Part shown: piece by piece, positions 28,595 to 37,772 of the stretch
How positions within the stretch are numbered: position 1 is the stretch's first letter
How the letters are laid out: each line of letters starts with the position of its first letter
The notes under the pieces: model-generated
The model's database searches: none
What the model was told of the DNA's origin: nothing
The model's input: the letters and a program-made list of their open reading frames with translations, nothing else
Program-made: the position numbers and the translations under genes
Assembly (NCBI GenBank): GCA_039815185.1
Contig: JBCBZT010000001.1
Coordinates: 160,001 to 224,000 of the forward strand
Origin: Cyanobacteria bacterium P01_A01_bin.123
GTDB taxonomy: Bacteria > Cyanobacteriota > Cyanobacteriia > Phormidesmidales > Phormidesmidaceae
Reading direction: 5' to 3'
Length of the DNA stretch: 64,000 bases

Positions 28595-30172
28595 CTACCC
28601 CGCCATCCGCTGCCAACTACCAACGCCAAATTCCTTTTCAAACTCACGCACGATCCAGTCCGCCTTTTTTCCCAAACGTCGCGCGCTCTTGCGCAAATAG
28701 TTAAGATAAGCTTCCCCCTGGTCATAACTAGGGCGACGGCCAAATAGTGACCCCAAATACCACTCATCTCGTGGGCGGCGACCACAATGTTCAAAAAACT
28801 GATGCTCGGCCAGTGTAGGGGCATAGCCGCCTCTAAAGGCGCGGCGGCGGTGGCTGTGGAACAGCTCAATCAGCGTGGGAATATCGGTAATCTGGTGAGC
28901 TTGTTCTCGTGAGTAAATCTCCACCATGTTTTCCAGGTTGACGGGCCGTTCAGACACCCACTGGTGATTGCAATCCGGACACTTTGCGATGAATGCATAG
29001 ACAATGCGACCACACTGGGGACAGGGCTTCATCGGCGGTGGCCCAGTTTCACCAGAGGATTCTTTGCGGAGGGGTAAATGATAGTCTTTGATGTCTTCAG
29101 GAAAGCCTAAGCGCTCTAAATTTCCGGCTTGGTCGAGAATGATGCCGTGATGTTTGCCGGTGTGTGGCGAAATCCGCATGACTCGACCAATTTGCTGGAG
29201 ATGCAGCGCACTCGACTGGGTGGGGCGCAGCATCAATCCAACTTCTACACTGGGTTCGTCGAAGCCGATGCTGATCACATTGCACGAGGTCAGCACCAAA
29301 ATTCTCTCTTCTCGCAGGTCAGTGTACATGCGTTTGCGCTCTTTAATGGGGGTGCCCCCTTCTACCGTTTCTGAGGGGATACCTGCTTGGTTAAAGGCGT
29401 CGGTAACGTGACGAGCGTGTTCAATATCAACGCAAAACGCAATGGTGCGCTTACCCAAGGCTAAACGCTGCCATTCTGCAACGATTTTGCTGATCAATTC
29501 GGGGCGATCGCAGGCATTTTTTAACCCCGACTCATCATAATCACCCCGGACGGTTTTGACCCCTTCCAGATTAGCTACCCCATCTTGGGGCATGCTGAAG
29601 TACTTCATCTGGGCCAGATAGCCCATTTGCTGGAGATCACTGGGGATTGGGGAAGAGACCAATGTATCCAAGTGTTCCCCCAACTGATCCTTACCGAGGC
29701 GCTCTGGGGTAGCGGTCATCACCAGGTGGACGATATCGGGATGGGTTTTGTAGAGTACCTGCTTACCGACTCGGCTAAACAGGGTTGTATGGCCTTCGTC
29801 ATAAAACACGACATCCGCAGGCCATTTACGCCACCAACGGCGTTGAGCCATGGTTTGTACGCTGGCAATTTGAATCGGGGCGTCGTGATCTTCAGGCCAG
29901 CCTGCTTTGATGAAACCGCAGTGGAGGCCAAAAGCTTTCATCTTTTCGTAGGTTTGACCTACCAGTACATCCAGGTGTACCAAAAACATTAGCCGCTTTC
30001 CAGCAGCCTCGGCATGGGCACAAATTTGGCCGCTGATGACGGTTTTACCTGCTCCGGTGCCCGCGATAATCGCAACTTTTTTATGCCCTTCATTGAGCTT
30101 GCGATAGAGGTCGTTGATTAGTTCAACCTGGTAAGGCCGGAGTTGGGGCGGATTAGGATGGACTTCGCTCAT
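28595..30172 (-). CDS. SF2 DEAD/DEAH-box helicase (SSL2/RadD-like) with C-terminal Zn ribbon
   Basis: LRPYQ, GTGAGKT, DEGH, MTATPER, GFDEP, QQIGRVMR, CPQC...CPDC. Confidence 0.88.
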   Translation of the reverse strand: MSEVHPNPPQLRPYQVELINDLYRKLNEGHKKVAIIAGTGAGKTVISGQICAHAEAAGKRLMFLVHLDVLVGQTYEKMKAFGLHCGFIKAGWPEDHDAPIQIASVQTMAQRRWWRKWPADVVFYDEGHTTLFSRVGKQVLYKTHPDIVHLVMTATPERLGKDQLGEHLDTLVSSPIPSDLQQMGYLAQMKYFSMPQDGVANLEGVKTVRGDYDESGLKNACDRPELISKIVAEWQRLALGKRTIAFCVDIEHARHVTDAFNQAGIPSETVEGGTPIKERKRMYTDLREERILVLTSCNVISIGFDEPSVEVGLMLRPTQSSALHLQQIGRVMRISPHTGKHHGIILDQAGNLERLGFPEDIKDYHLPLRKESSGETGPPPMKPCPQCGRIVYAFIAKCPDCNHQWVSERPVNLENMVEIYSREQAHQITDIPTLIELFHSHRRRAFRGGYAPTLAEHQFFEHCGRRPRDEWYLGSLFGRRPSYDQGEAYLNYLRKSARRLGKKADWIVREFEKEFGVGSWQRMAG

Positions 30173-30204
30173 CTAAGAACGCCTGTTCTAGGTCGGTTCT
30201 ATAA

Positions 30205-30454
30205 TAATCCAAGTTGCTACGCCGGTGCCGTGACGGAAACCCTTTGGGATGTGGCTATCGACACGCTTTCGTTTCATCGCCGTAAAGGATACGCGAGCCA
30301 GTGTTTCTACTATTTAGCGCGTCATATGGCCCAAAAAGGAAAACATCCAGTTTGGGGAGCGGTTAAATCGAACCTTGCATCTGCCCAGTTGGCAGCAAAG
30401 CTAGGGTTTGTTGCCGTTGACTCGCTCTTTGTGTATTCCCGTGATGCTGCGTAA
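30205..30454 (+). pseudogene. C-terminal fragment of a GNAT acetyltransferase
   Basis: IDTLSFHRRKGYA (motif A) and NLASAQLAAKLGF (motif B). There is no room for the N-terminal half before the divergent helicase start. Confidence 0.65.
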
Positions 30455-30484
30455 ACCCAGCCCCACATTACTTGACTTAACGCT

Positions 30485-30958
30485 ATGACTTATCTTGGCA
30501 AATCGACTGGTCGAAAAATTGCGATCGCAGCCCTGACCCTAGCAACCTTCTGGACTAGCCAGGGTTCACCCGCAAACGCTGATGAATTTTGCCGCGACGA
30601 ATATCTCACCTGGATTCAAGCCGTGGCAAACAGCGACCCTGGTTCACCCACGGAAGAAGCCATCTTTGCTGACATCAATTACACGGCCTGCAAACTTAAT
30701 AATGTTGCCGTTGGCCAAGAAGCCAGTCTCTATCTTTGGGTGTGGTTGACAGCCGAAGATGCCAGCGCCCAGATCAATTTCAGAGCCGAGCCGACTACCG
30801 ATGCTGAGATCCTGGGCGTCGGTGCTGTAGAAGACTTTGTGCATATGTCTCGCATTACCCGGGACGCCGAGGGCAGCCGCTGGTTCTATGTCACCCTGCC
30901 AGAATCAGGGTTATCGGGTTGGGTGCGAGAAGATTTTATCTACTACGACCTAATTTGA
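30485..30958 (+). CDS. Exported protein with C-terminal bacterial SH3 domain
   Basis: Signal peptide (ANA-D); INFRAEPTTDAEIL...WFYVTLPESGLSGWVREDFI. Confidence 0.8.
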   Translation: MTYLGKSTGRKIAIAALTLATFWTSQGSPANADEFCRDEYLTWIQAVANSDPGSPTEEAIFADINYTACKLNNVAVGQEASLYLWVWLTAEDASAQINFRAEPTTDAEILGVGAVEDFVHMSRITRDAEGSRWFYVTLPESGLSGWVREDFIYYDLI

Positions 30959-31110
30959 ACGATCTATCGACGACGAAATTCCACCATGTTCTGGCGGATG
31001 GTAATGGCAAAATTGCCCAACACATCGTGACCCGAAAACCCTACGTCGAATTGTGACCCGGCGATCGCGTCGGGTAGCGCCATTAGCCATACTGAGTGGA
31101 CTAGGCACAA

Positions 31111-31962
31111 CTAGACTAGGCGTTGGCGAATCTTAGCTGAAACGGTATCAATGATTGCGACTGCCGCGATCAAAATAATCAAAATGGCGCAGACCTTGCC
31201 GTATTTGAAGGCGCGAAAGCTTTGGTATAGTGAAACGCCGATGCCGCCAGCCCCAACGATACCCAGTACAGATGCGGCGCGCACGTTTGCCTCGAAGCGA
31301 TAGAGGGTAAAGGAGGTCCATAGGGGAATTACCTGGGGAATGACACCAAAGATGACTTCTTGAAGCTTGGATGCACCCGTGGCTCGGATGCCTTCTACAG
31401 GGCCAGGGGCGATCGCTTCAATGGCTTCAGAAAAGAGTTTGCCGAGGGTACCTGTCGTGTGGACAAACAGGGCAAGGACGCCCGCGAAAGGTCCCAGGCC
31501 GACAGCAACTACGAAAATCAGTGCAAAGACGACTTCGTTAATGGCGCGCATGCCGTCCATAAAGCGTCGGATAATAAATACTATCCAAGAGGGGGCAACA
31601 TTCTCAGCAGCCAAAATTGACAGTGGCACGGCAACGATAGCTGCCATGATTGTCCCCCAAACCCCCATCCCAATCGTTTCGAGAATGTCAGAAAGATAAA
31701 AGCGCCAGTCGGTAAAATCGGGCGGAAAGTAGCGGCTGATATATTCAGCCATATTGCTGCTGCCTTGGGCGAGCTCCACAAAACTGAGATCGCTTTTTTG
31801 CCCGGCATAGATCAAGACTGCGATCGCAATCAGCACCCAAACAATCCGCAGCAGCGTAATCCGCTTTTTCTCCTGAGACAGAGTTGCTATCACCTGAGGC
31901 GAGATCACGCTGTCGGGCGAACCTGGCTCAGCATAGGACGTTCTCATAATGGGCTCAGACAT
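31111..31962 (-). CDS. phnE: Phosphonate ABC transporter permease
   Basis: VGLGPFAGVLAL, GKLFSEAIEAI, YRFEANVRAASVLGIVGAGGIG. Confidence 0.96.
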   Translation of the reverse strand: MSEPIMRTSYAEPGSPDSVISPQVIATLSQEKKRITLLRIVWVLIAIAVLIYAGQKSDLSFVELAQGSSNMAEYISRYFPPDFTDWRFYLSDILETIGMGVWGTIMAAIVAVPLSILAAENVAPSWIVFIIRRFMDGMRAINEVVFALIFVVAVGLGPFAGVLALFVHTTGTLGKLFSEAIEAIAPGPVEGIRATGASKLQEVIFGVIPQVIPLWTSFTLYRFEANVRAASVLGIVGAGGIGVSLYQSFRAFKYGKVCAILIILIAAVAIIDTVSAKIRQRLV

Positions 31963-31990
31963 GATAGCGAGGGGACAACGTTACTTTAAA

Positions 31991-32020
31991 AGCGCGGGCA
32001 ACCACTCTGCTGCCCGCGCT
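31991..32020 (-). terminator. GC-rich stem-loop between phnD and phnE (attenuator or mRNA stabiliser)
   Basis: AGCGCGGGCA-N10-TGCCCGCGCT, followed by TTTAAAG on the minus strand. Confidence 0.65.
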
Positions 32021-32080
32021 ACAACTAGCAAGTCAGGTCAACGGTGACTTGTTTTAAAGCGGTGACTTGTCTTAATCGGA

Positions 32081-33142
32081 CTAGCCTTTAACAGCTTCCA
32101 GCTTTTCGTTTAGCTCATCAAGCTTTTGCTGCTTGTCAGCATCACTGAGGTTGGTATCATTTTGCACTTCTAAGATGTCTTTTGCAATTTGCAGCTCGCG
32201 AATAGTATTCCAATCTTCATCGGTTGCTGGATCCAACCCTGTCCACTGGAGACCTGTCAGGATTTCTTCATTGTCGTAGTTGAAAAAGAATTCCTGGATC
32301 GAAGTCTTGAGACACTCAGGCAAGTCACTACGATAGGCTAGAGGGTCACTGGGGATAACTGGCGAAGTCCAAATAATCTGGATTTTTTCCAAAGCTTCGG
32401 GGGCTGTTTCCTTGAGTCGATCCAGGTTTTCGCTGTTGTTGGTGGCAACATCCACCTGGTTTTCAGAGACGGCCAAAGCTGTGGCTTCGTGGCTACCCGC
32501 AAACACTAATTCGCTGAAGATTTGCTCTGGATTAGCACCTTGCTCGGCAAAAACGTAATAGCTGGGGACTAAAAATCCTGAGGTGGAGTTGGGGTCGTTG
32601 AACGCAAAAGTCAGGTCACTAGCGTTCTCTACGATGTATTGATCACCATCACCCGCGTCTAGATCAACTTCGCCGGCAATGGAATTCTCGACGTTAGTGA
32701 TCAAGTGAGAGTAGTAGCCCTTAGTGCCGTCCAACGCGACGGTTTGTGCAAAGGCTTCAGCACTGGAGCGCTCAGCGGCTTCAATGTAAGACTTACCCCC
32801 ATACCAGGCGACCTGCACCTTCCCGGCTCCCATGCCTTCAATGACCCCTGCATAATCAGTGGCATAAAACCCGACTACAGGACGGCCTACGGCCTCAGAC
32901 ATATCGGTTAATAAGGGCTCCCATAACGGCTTGAGGTTGTCTTGAGATTCGGTAGAGATAATGCCAAACTCAATCTCTGCGATTTCAGGGGCACACATTT
33001 CGCCTCCCGTAGTCTCAGTGCCATCGGTCGCGTCTGTGCTAGCCGTATCCTCAGGCGCGCTACTGCAAGCAGCTAGGGTGCTAATGGTTAGAGCAGAGAC
33101 TGCGAGTAATGAGGATAAACGACGCCAAGGGGTAATCGACAT
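32081..33142 (-). CDS. phnD: Phosphonate ABC transporter substrate-binding lipoprotein
   Basis: Lipobox LAAC, ATDYAGVIE, FNDPNSTSGFLVP, GSHEA, IPSDP. Confidence 0.96.
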   Translation of the reverse strand: MSITPWRRLSSLLAVSALTISTLAACSSAPEDTASTDATDGTETTGGEMCAPEIAEIEFGIISTESQDNLKPLWEPLLTDMSEAVGRPVVGFYATDYAGVIEGMGAGKVQVAWYGGKSYIEAAERSSAEAFAQTVALDGTKGYYSHLITNVENSIAGEVDLDAGDGDQYIVENASDLTFAFNDPNSTSGFLVPSYYVFAEQGANPEQIFSELVFAGSHEATALAVSENQVDVATNNSENLDRLKETAPEALEKIQIIWTSPVIPSDPLAYRSDLPECLKTSIQEFFFNYDNEEILTGLQWTGLDPATDEDWNTIRELQIAKDILEVQNDTNLSDADKQQKLDELNEKLEAVKG

Positions 33143-33220
33143 AATTTTGTTCCTTTTAGTTAAATCTGAGTTTTGGTTGTCACTGATCCTGTGTGCAGGA
33201 GAACCCTTGATGCTGGGCGG

Positions 33221-34054
33221 CTAGCTGGCAAATACCTCACTGTGCCCCCTCATCACCAATTCTTCGGCGGCTGAGCCATAAATACTAGAGAGACGAGCTT
33301 CGTCCAACTCAGCTGTGTAACCGTCAAAACAAACTTCACCGTGGCGCAGCGCCACGGAGCGCTCAAAGTAGCGCTGTACCACCTGCACCTGATGCAGCGA
33401 GGTAATCACCGTAATCCCTTGCTCCTGATTCAGACTGGTCAGCAATTCCATGACCTTACGGGCAGAGTCAGGATCGAGGGAGGCAATGGGTTCATCGGCC
33501 AGAATGATTTTGGCACCTTGCATGAGACAGCGGGCGATCGCGACTCGTTGCTGCTGCCCTCCAGATAGGGAGGAAGCCCGCTGATAAGCCTGCTCTAAGA
33601 TACCGACCCGCTCTAGCGCCGACAGTGCCCGTAGCTTTTCCTCTCGGGTAAAGGCATGGATCAGCGATCGCCAGATGGGCACTTGAGATAAATTCCCCAC
33701 CAGTACATTTTCTAAAGCCGTCAGTCGGTTCACCAAGTTGAACTGCTGAAAAATGAACCCCATTTGGCTACGCAGTTGACGAACCTTAGAGTGAAACTTG
33801 CCATCAATCTGCAGTGGGCTCCCCAAGATTTCCACCGTGCCCTGGTCAGCTTGCTGCAACCCATTGAGGGTGCGTAACAAGGTCGATTTGCCAGATCCTG
33901 AAGCCCCTACAAGGGCAACCCTTTCACCGATCTCAACTTGAAGGCTGACGTCCCGGAGGGCGTGCTGCCCTTTGAAGCGCTTTGACAGGTGGTCAACGCT
34001 AACTGCGGGCTGTTGTGGGGATGCATCTGAAGCAGTCCTGGTTGCCAATTGCAT
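33221..34054 (-). CDS. phnC: Phosphonate ABC transporter ATPase
   Basis: GASGSGKST, FQQFNLVNRL, LSGGQQQRVAIAR, ADEPIASLDP. Confidence 0.96.
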   Translation of the reverse strand: MQLATRTASDASPQQPAVSVDHLSKRFKGQHALRDVSLQVEIGERVALVGASGSGKSTLLRTLNGLQQADQGTVEILGSPLQIDGKFHSKVRQLRSQMGFIFQQFNLVNRLTALENVLVGNLSQVPIWRSLIHAFTREEKLRALSALERVGILEQAYQRASSLSGGQQQRVAIARCLMQGAKIILADEPIASLDPDSARKVMELLTSLNQEQGITVITSLHQVQVVQRYFERSVALRHGEVCFDGYTAELDEARLSSIYGSAAEELVMRGHSEVFAS

Positions 34055-34126
34055 TGCCTATCCTGAGTTCACTTAAACAACAATGCTAGCCACTCTATGT
34101 TTGACAAATCTAGATATCTAAGAGTC

Positions 34127-34141
34127 ATAGACGTCTAGACA
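34127..34141 (-). promoter_or_regulatory. Candidate PhnF operator upstream of phnC
   Basis: Minus strand reads TGTCTAGACGTCTAT, which contains the HutC-subfamily core GTCTAGAC and matches the site upstream of phnG at 14 of 15 positions. Confidence 0.7.
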
Positions 34142-34371
34142 TAACTAGTCATCAATAACCACCAAATATTCTCGGTGAATATGCTTAAGAGTTAACCCCA
34201 CAAAGGTTAAGGGGGAATAGAATTCTGTTTAAAGTTTCAGTTTCAGGAACGCGGCAGTCAAAACCGCCATTGAATCGGCAAACCCTGCCCCACAGGTTGC
34301 CCAAAACAATACTATTCACAGTCCGCGCAGAGGGGCCATAGTCCTTTAGAGACAGCTGAGTCTTGCAACCC

Positions 34372-35091
34372 TTAAGTTTCGTTATCCATCACCAACTCCA
34401 TGCGATCGCCCCGGAAGCGCGTAACCCCATATTCAATTACCTCGTTGGTTTGATCAACGTTAATCGACTCGGAAAGCAAGATCGGGTTAGTGGCTGGCAT
34501 TCTTAGGAAACGAGCATCTCTAGGACGGGCGATGCGAGCCGAAAGGCGTGTATGGCGACGAATGTGGTCACGTCCATATTCGTTCTGTAACATGGTCGAA
34601 ATCGAGCGATAAGTTTCACAATGAGTCGCTAATCCGGGAAACCGTCGCCCGGGGAAATGACTAGTGGCGATATTGATCGGGATTTCATCGGTTAGACAGA
34701 GCCGTTCATACAACACCACCGGATCCCCGATGGGAATTTCAAGGTGTTTTGACAATTTAGAATCAGCGTTGAGTTCAACAATCCGCAGTACCTGCCATTG
34801 AGGCTTGAGGGAGTGGGCCTTAAGGACTTCGTTATAACGCACGCGTTTGCCAATTGGGAAAGTGATCGGAGCGGCTACTACAAAGGTGCCTCGACCCCTC
34901 TCAACATCAACAATACCTTCCTGCCGCAAGACCTCTACTGCCCGCCGTAGGGTATGACGATGCACACCAAACCGTTCACTTAACTCAATTTCTGTGGGCA
35001 GCCGGTCGCCCACCTTAAAGACCGATTCTTGGATATTCTGTCGTAATTCGCTAGCTATTTGGAGGTAAAGTGGCGAGGCATCTTGGTGCAT
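34372..35091 (-). CDS. phnF: GntR/HutC-family phosphonate regulator
   Basis: GDRLPTEIELSERFGVHRHTLRRAV...GRGTFV HTH, plus UTRA domain ending TRFRGDRMEL. The start is uncertain (ORF track 35139). Confidence 0.93.
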   Translation of the reverse strand: MHQDASPLYLQIASELRQNIQESVFKVGDRLPTEIELSERFGVHRHTLRRAVEVLRQEGIVDVERGRGTFVVAAPITFPIGKRVRYNEVLKAHSLKPQWQVLRIVELNADSKLSKHLEIPIGDPVVLYERLCLTDEIPINIATSHFPGRRFPGLATHCETYRSISTMLQNEYGRDHIRRHTRLSARIARPRDARFLRMPATNPILLSESINVDQTNEVIEYGVTRFRGDRMELVMDNET

Positions 35092-35193
35092 ATTCAATCT
35101 GGCACATTCAATCACAAGTGAATACAACTCCATCGGCAAAGTATAGCGGTTGCCAAGAGAGGGTTGCGAATTAAATTGAAACGTTCAATAATT

Positions 35194-35208
35194 TGTCTAG
35201 ACGTCTGT
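35194..35208 (+). promoter_or_regulatory. Candidate PhnF operator between phnF and phnG
   Basis: TGTCTAGACGTCTGT, nearly identical to the phnC upstream site. Confidence 0.7.
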
Positions 35209-35211
35209 ATA

Positions 35212-35241
35212 TTATTAATATTTAGTTAATCTTGGGTTAAG
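35212..35241 (-). promoter_or_regulatory. Candidate Pho box (SphR site)
   Basis: Minus strand CTTAACCC-aag-ATTAACTA-aat-ATTAATAA, with TTAA cores exactly 11 bp apart, resembles the cyanobacterial PyTTAAPyPy(T/A) triple repeat. Confidence 0.55.
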
Positions 35242-35246
35242 CCACG

Positions 35247-35711
35247 ATGAACTCAGCGCAACCACAGTCAAGACCAGTCTGGATAGCGACATTGGCTAAA
35301 GCTCCTCTGGTTCTTTTAGAGCAAAACGTTTCGGCTTTAGAGCCTGTGCCTGACTACGAATTTTTGCGATCGCCGGAAATCGGTTTAGCCATGGTGCGAG
35401 GGCGTGCTGAGGGAACTGGTGAACCGTTTAATCTGGGAGAGATGACATTAACGCGTTGTGTGGTGAAGCTTTCTGCGCCGACGAGTGACCCCATTGCTGG
35501 ATTCGGGTATGTGGCTGGGCGATCGCAACGACATGCCGAGTTAGCAGCACTTTGTGATGCCCTACTGCAACACCCTGATTGGCAGCATGCTGTTCAAACC
35601 CAGGTGATTGAGCCACTACAAGCAGCAGCCCAGGAAAAACAGACGCTGGCAACAGCTCAGGTGGAATCAACTCGTGTGAACTTCTTCACATTGCTGCGAG
35701 GAGAAGGCTAA
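35247..35711 (+). CDS. phnG: C-P lyase subunit PhnG
   Basis: PEIGLAMVRGR...FNLGEMTLTRC, AELAALCDALLQ, TRVNFFTLLRGE. Confidence 0.96.
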   Translation: MNSAQPQSRPVWIATLAKAPLVLLEQNVSALEPVPDYEFLRSPEIGLAMVRGRAEGTGEPFNLGEMTLTRCVVKLSAPTSDPIAGFGYVAGRSQRHAELAALCDALLQHPDWQHAVQTQVIEPLQAAAQEKQTLATAQVESTRVNFFTLLRGEG

Positions 35712-35713
35712 AC

Positions 35714-36313
35714 ATGATTACCCAACTTCCTGGCTTTAAAGATCCTGTCCACGATGCCCAGCAGACCTTTCGAGCGTTGCTGGATGCCCTGGCACGACCT
35801 GGTATTTCCCAAGCCACGGCGTCATTGACACCACCCCAGGGTCTGATTCCTGGCTGCGCTGCGGCCTGTCTAACTTTATTAGATTTAGAAACGGCAGTTT
35901 GGTTGCAACCGGGGCTATCAGAAGCGGTTCATTCATGGCTGCTGTTTCACACGGGTTGTCGATTGACTACTGATCCTCAGACGGCAGATTTTGCCTTAAT
36001 TTGGGATATCGCCACCGCACCTAGCCTAGATCAGTTTCATCAGGGCACACCTGAGTATCCAGAGACATCGACTTCTCTGCTGATGCAATTGCCAGCTTTG
36101 CATGGGGGCATCTCCATTGCGCTACAAGGGCCAGGCATCCTGAACGCTATGAGGCTTGATCTGCCTTTGACCGTAGACTTTTGGCAGCAATGGCAGGAGA
36201 TGACAGTCGGGTATCCCTTGGGAATTGATGGCTGGTGCTTTGCCGAAAATCAGGTGTTAGGCCTGCCCCGTACTGCTTGTCTCAGTCACACTGCTCAAGA
36301 GATTTTGCCATGA
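35714..36313 (+). CDS. phnH: C-P lyase subunit PhnH
   Basis: DAQQTFRALLDALARPG, LTLLD, FHTG, GTPEYPE, YPLGID, GLPRT. Confidence 0.95.
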   Translation: MITQLPGFKDPVHDAQQTFRALLDALARPGISQATASLTPPQGLIPGCAAACLTLLDLETAVWLQPGLSEAVHSWLLFHTGCRLTTDPQTADFALIWDIATAPSLDQFHQGTPEYPETSTSLLMQLPALHGGISIALQGPGILNAMRLDLPLTVDFWQQWQEMTVGYPLGIDGWCFAENQVLGLPRTACLSHTAQEILP

Positions 36314-36396
36314 CAGTCGGTGTGCGTTTTGCGAACCCATCCGAATCTATTCGGACACCACAGCTACAGCTTTCAAGTTGAGTTATAGAGGAGTCT

Positions 36397-37737
36397 ATGC
36401 CCTACGTTGCAGTCAAAGGCGGAGAACAGGCCATCCAAAACGCTGAAGCCCTGCTGAAGGCGAAACGACGTGGCGACTCCACGGTACCTGAGCTTTCTCT
36501 AGCGCAAATCAAGCAGCAGATGCAGCTGGCCGTCAATCGCGTCATGGCCGAAGGCAGCCTGTACGACCTCGATCTAGCCGCCCTAGCCATCAAGCAGTCC
36601 TGGGGAGATCTGATTGAAGCTGCATTTCTCCTACGGGCCTACCGCACCACGCTACCCCGGCTCTACTATAGCGAACCCATTGACACCACCCAAATGGCCC
36701 TCCAACGGCGGATTTCTGCCATCTTCAAAGACGCTCCTGGTGGGCAAAAACTCGGCCCTACCTTCGACTACGTTCATCGACTACTGGACTTCAAACTAAC
36801 CGCAGAAGACAATCAGTTTCCCACCCCGGTGGATGAAACAGCTACTGCTGCTGAAGTCACACCTAGAGTTTTGGAGATGTTGGCACAGGAGGGACTGGTA
36901 ACACAGGAGATGGGGAGTGGGGGAGTGGGAGAGTGGGGGAGTGGGGGAGATGGGGGGGTAGGAAGTAGCAGATCAAGAAATTCCATCACCCCGTCACCCC
37001 ATCACCCCATCACCCCATCCTCTCCCTTCGACATCACCCGCCAATCCCTCACCACTCCCACCCGTCGAGATGCTCGTTTGCAAAATCTGGCCCGTGCGGA
37101 TGAAGGCTTTTTACTCTCAATGGCCTACTCCACCCAACGGGGTTATGGTACAAACCATCCTTTTGCAGGGGAGATTCGTATGGGTGATGTAGAGGTGGTG
37201 ATTTGTCCAGAAGAGTTGGGATTTGAAGTCGCGATCGCTGACATCACCATTACCGAAGTGCAGATGGTGAACCAGTTCAAAGGCAGTAAAGAGATTCCGC
37301 CCCAGTTTACCCAGGGTTACGGGCTTACCTTGGGTTACAACGAGCGTAAGGCGATGGCCATGGCCTTGGTCGATCGGGCATTACAGGCCAAAGACCTGGG
37401 AGAATCCCTGGATGGCCCAGCCCAAGACGAAGAATTTGTGCTCTACCATTCCGACAACATCGAAGCCCAGGGATTCGTGCAACATCTGAAACTACCCCAC
37501 TATATCGATTTCCAGGCAGAGCTAAACCTGGTACGAAAACTGCGCCAAGACTACGAGCAGGCCAAAGCTGAACGAGCCCAATCCATAAAGCTGGATCAAT
37601 CAGCCAAGTCCCCCGCCGCCACTGCTCCCTCTGCCTCCCTTGCCCCCGCCGTCGCCCCCACTCCCTCGTCGCCCCACCCCACAAAAACCGCTACCCCGTA
37701 CAGACGCGTTCGCGAAGCGTATCCACAGGATTCTTAA
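36397..37737 (+). CDS. phnI: C-P lyase subunit PhnI, with repeat-derived insertion and C-terminal extension
   Basis: MPYVAVKGGEQAI, LLRAYRTTLPR, AYSTQRGYG, GFVQHLKLPHYIDFQAEL. Confidence 0.95.
   Translation: MPYVAVKGGEQAIQNAEALLKAKRRGDSTVPELSLAQIKQQMQLAVNRVMAEGSLYDLDLAALAIKQSWGDLIEAAFLLRAYRTTLPRLYYSEPIDTTQMALQRRISAIFKDAPGGQKLGPTFDYVHRLLDFKLTAEDNQFPTPVDETATAAEVTPRVLEMLAQEGLVTQEMGSGGVGEWGSGGDGGVGSSRSRNSITPSPHHPITPSSPFDITRQSLTTPTRRDARLQNLARADEGFLLSMAYSTQRGYGTNHPFAGEIRMGDVEVVICPEELGFEVAIADITITEVQMVNQFKGSKEIPPQFTQGYGLTLGYNERKAMAMALVDRALQAKDLGESLDGPAQDEEFVLYHSDNIEAQGFVQHLKLPHYIDFQAELNLVRKLRQDYEQAKAERAQSIKLDQSAKSPAATAPSASLAPAVAPTPSSPHPTKTATPYRRVREAYPQDS
36907..37026 (+). repeat. STRR-armed dispersed element inserted in frame in phnI
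   Basis: A (GGGAGTGG)n arm, core AGTAGCAGATCAAGAAATTCCATCACCCC, then a (CATCACCC)n arm. The core recurs inverted at 41745-41773. Confidence 0.8.
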
Positions 37738-37748
37738 TCGCGTCTCTC
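37698..37748. repeat. Short dispersed palindromic repeat with an apparent nested insert at the phnI 3' end
   Basis: AGACGCG and CGCGTCT arms flank TTCGCGAAGCGTATCCACAGGATTCTTAAT; resembles cyanobacterial short dispersed repeats. Confidence 0.5.
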
Positions 37749-37772
37749 CCTCCGTACACTCCCTCCCAACTC

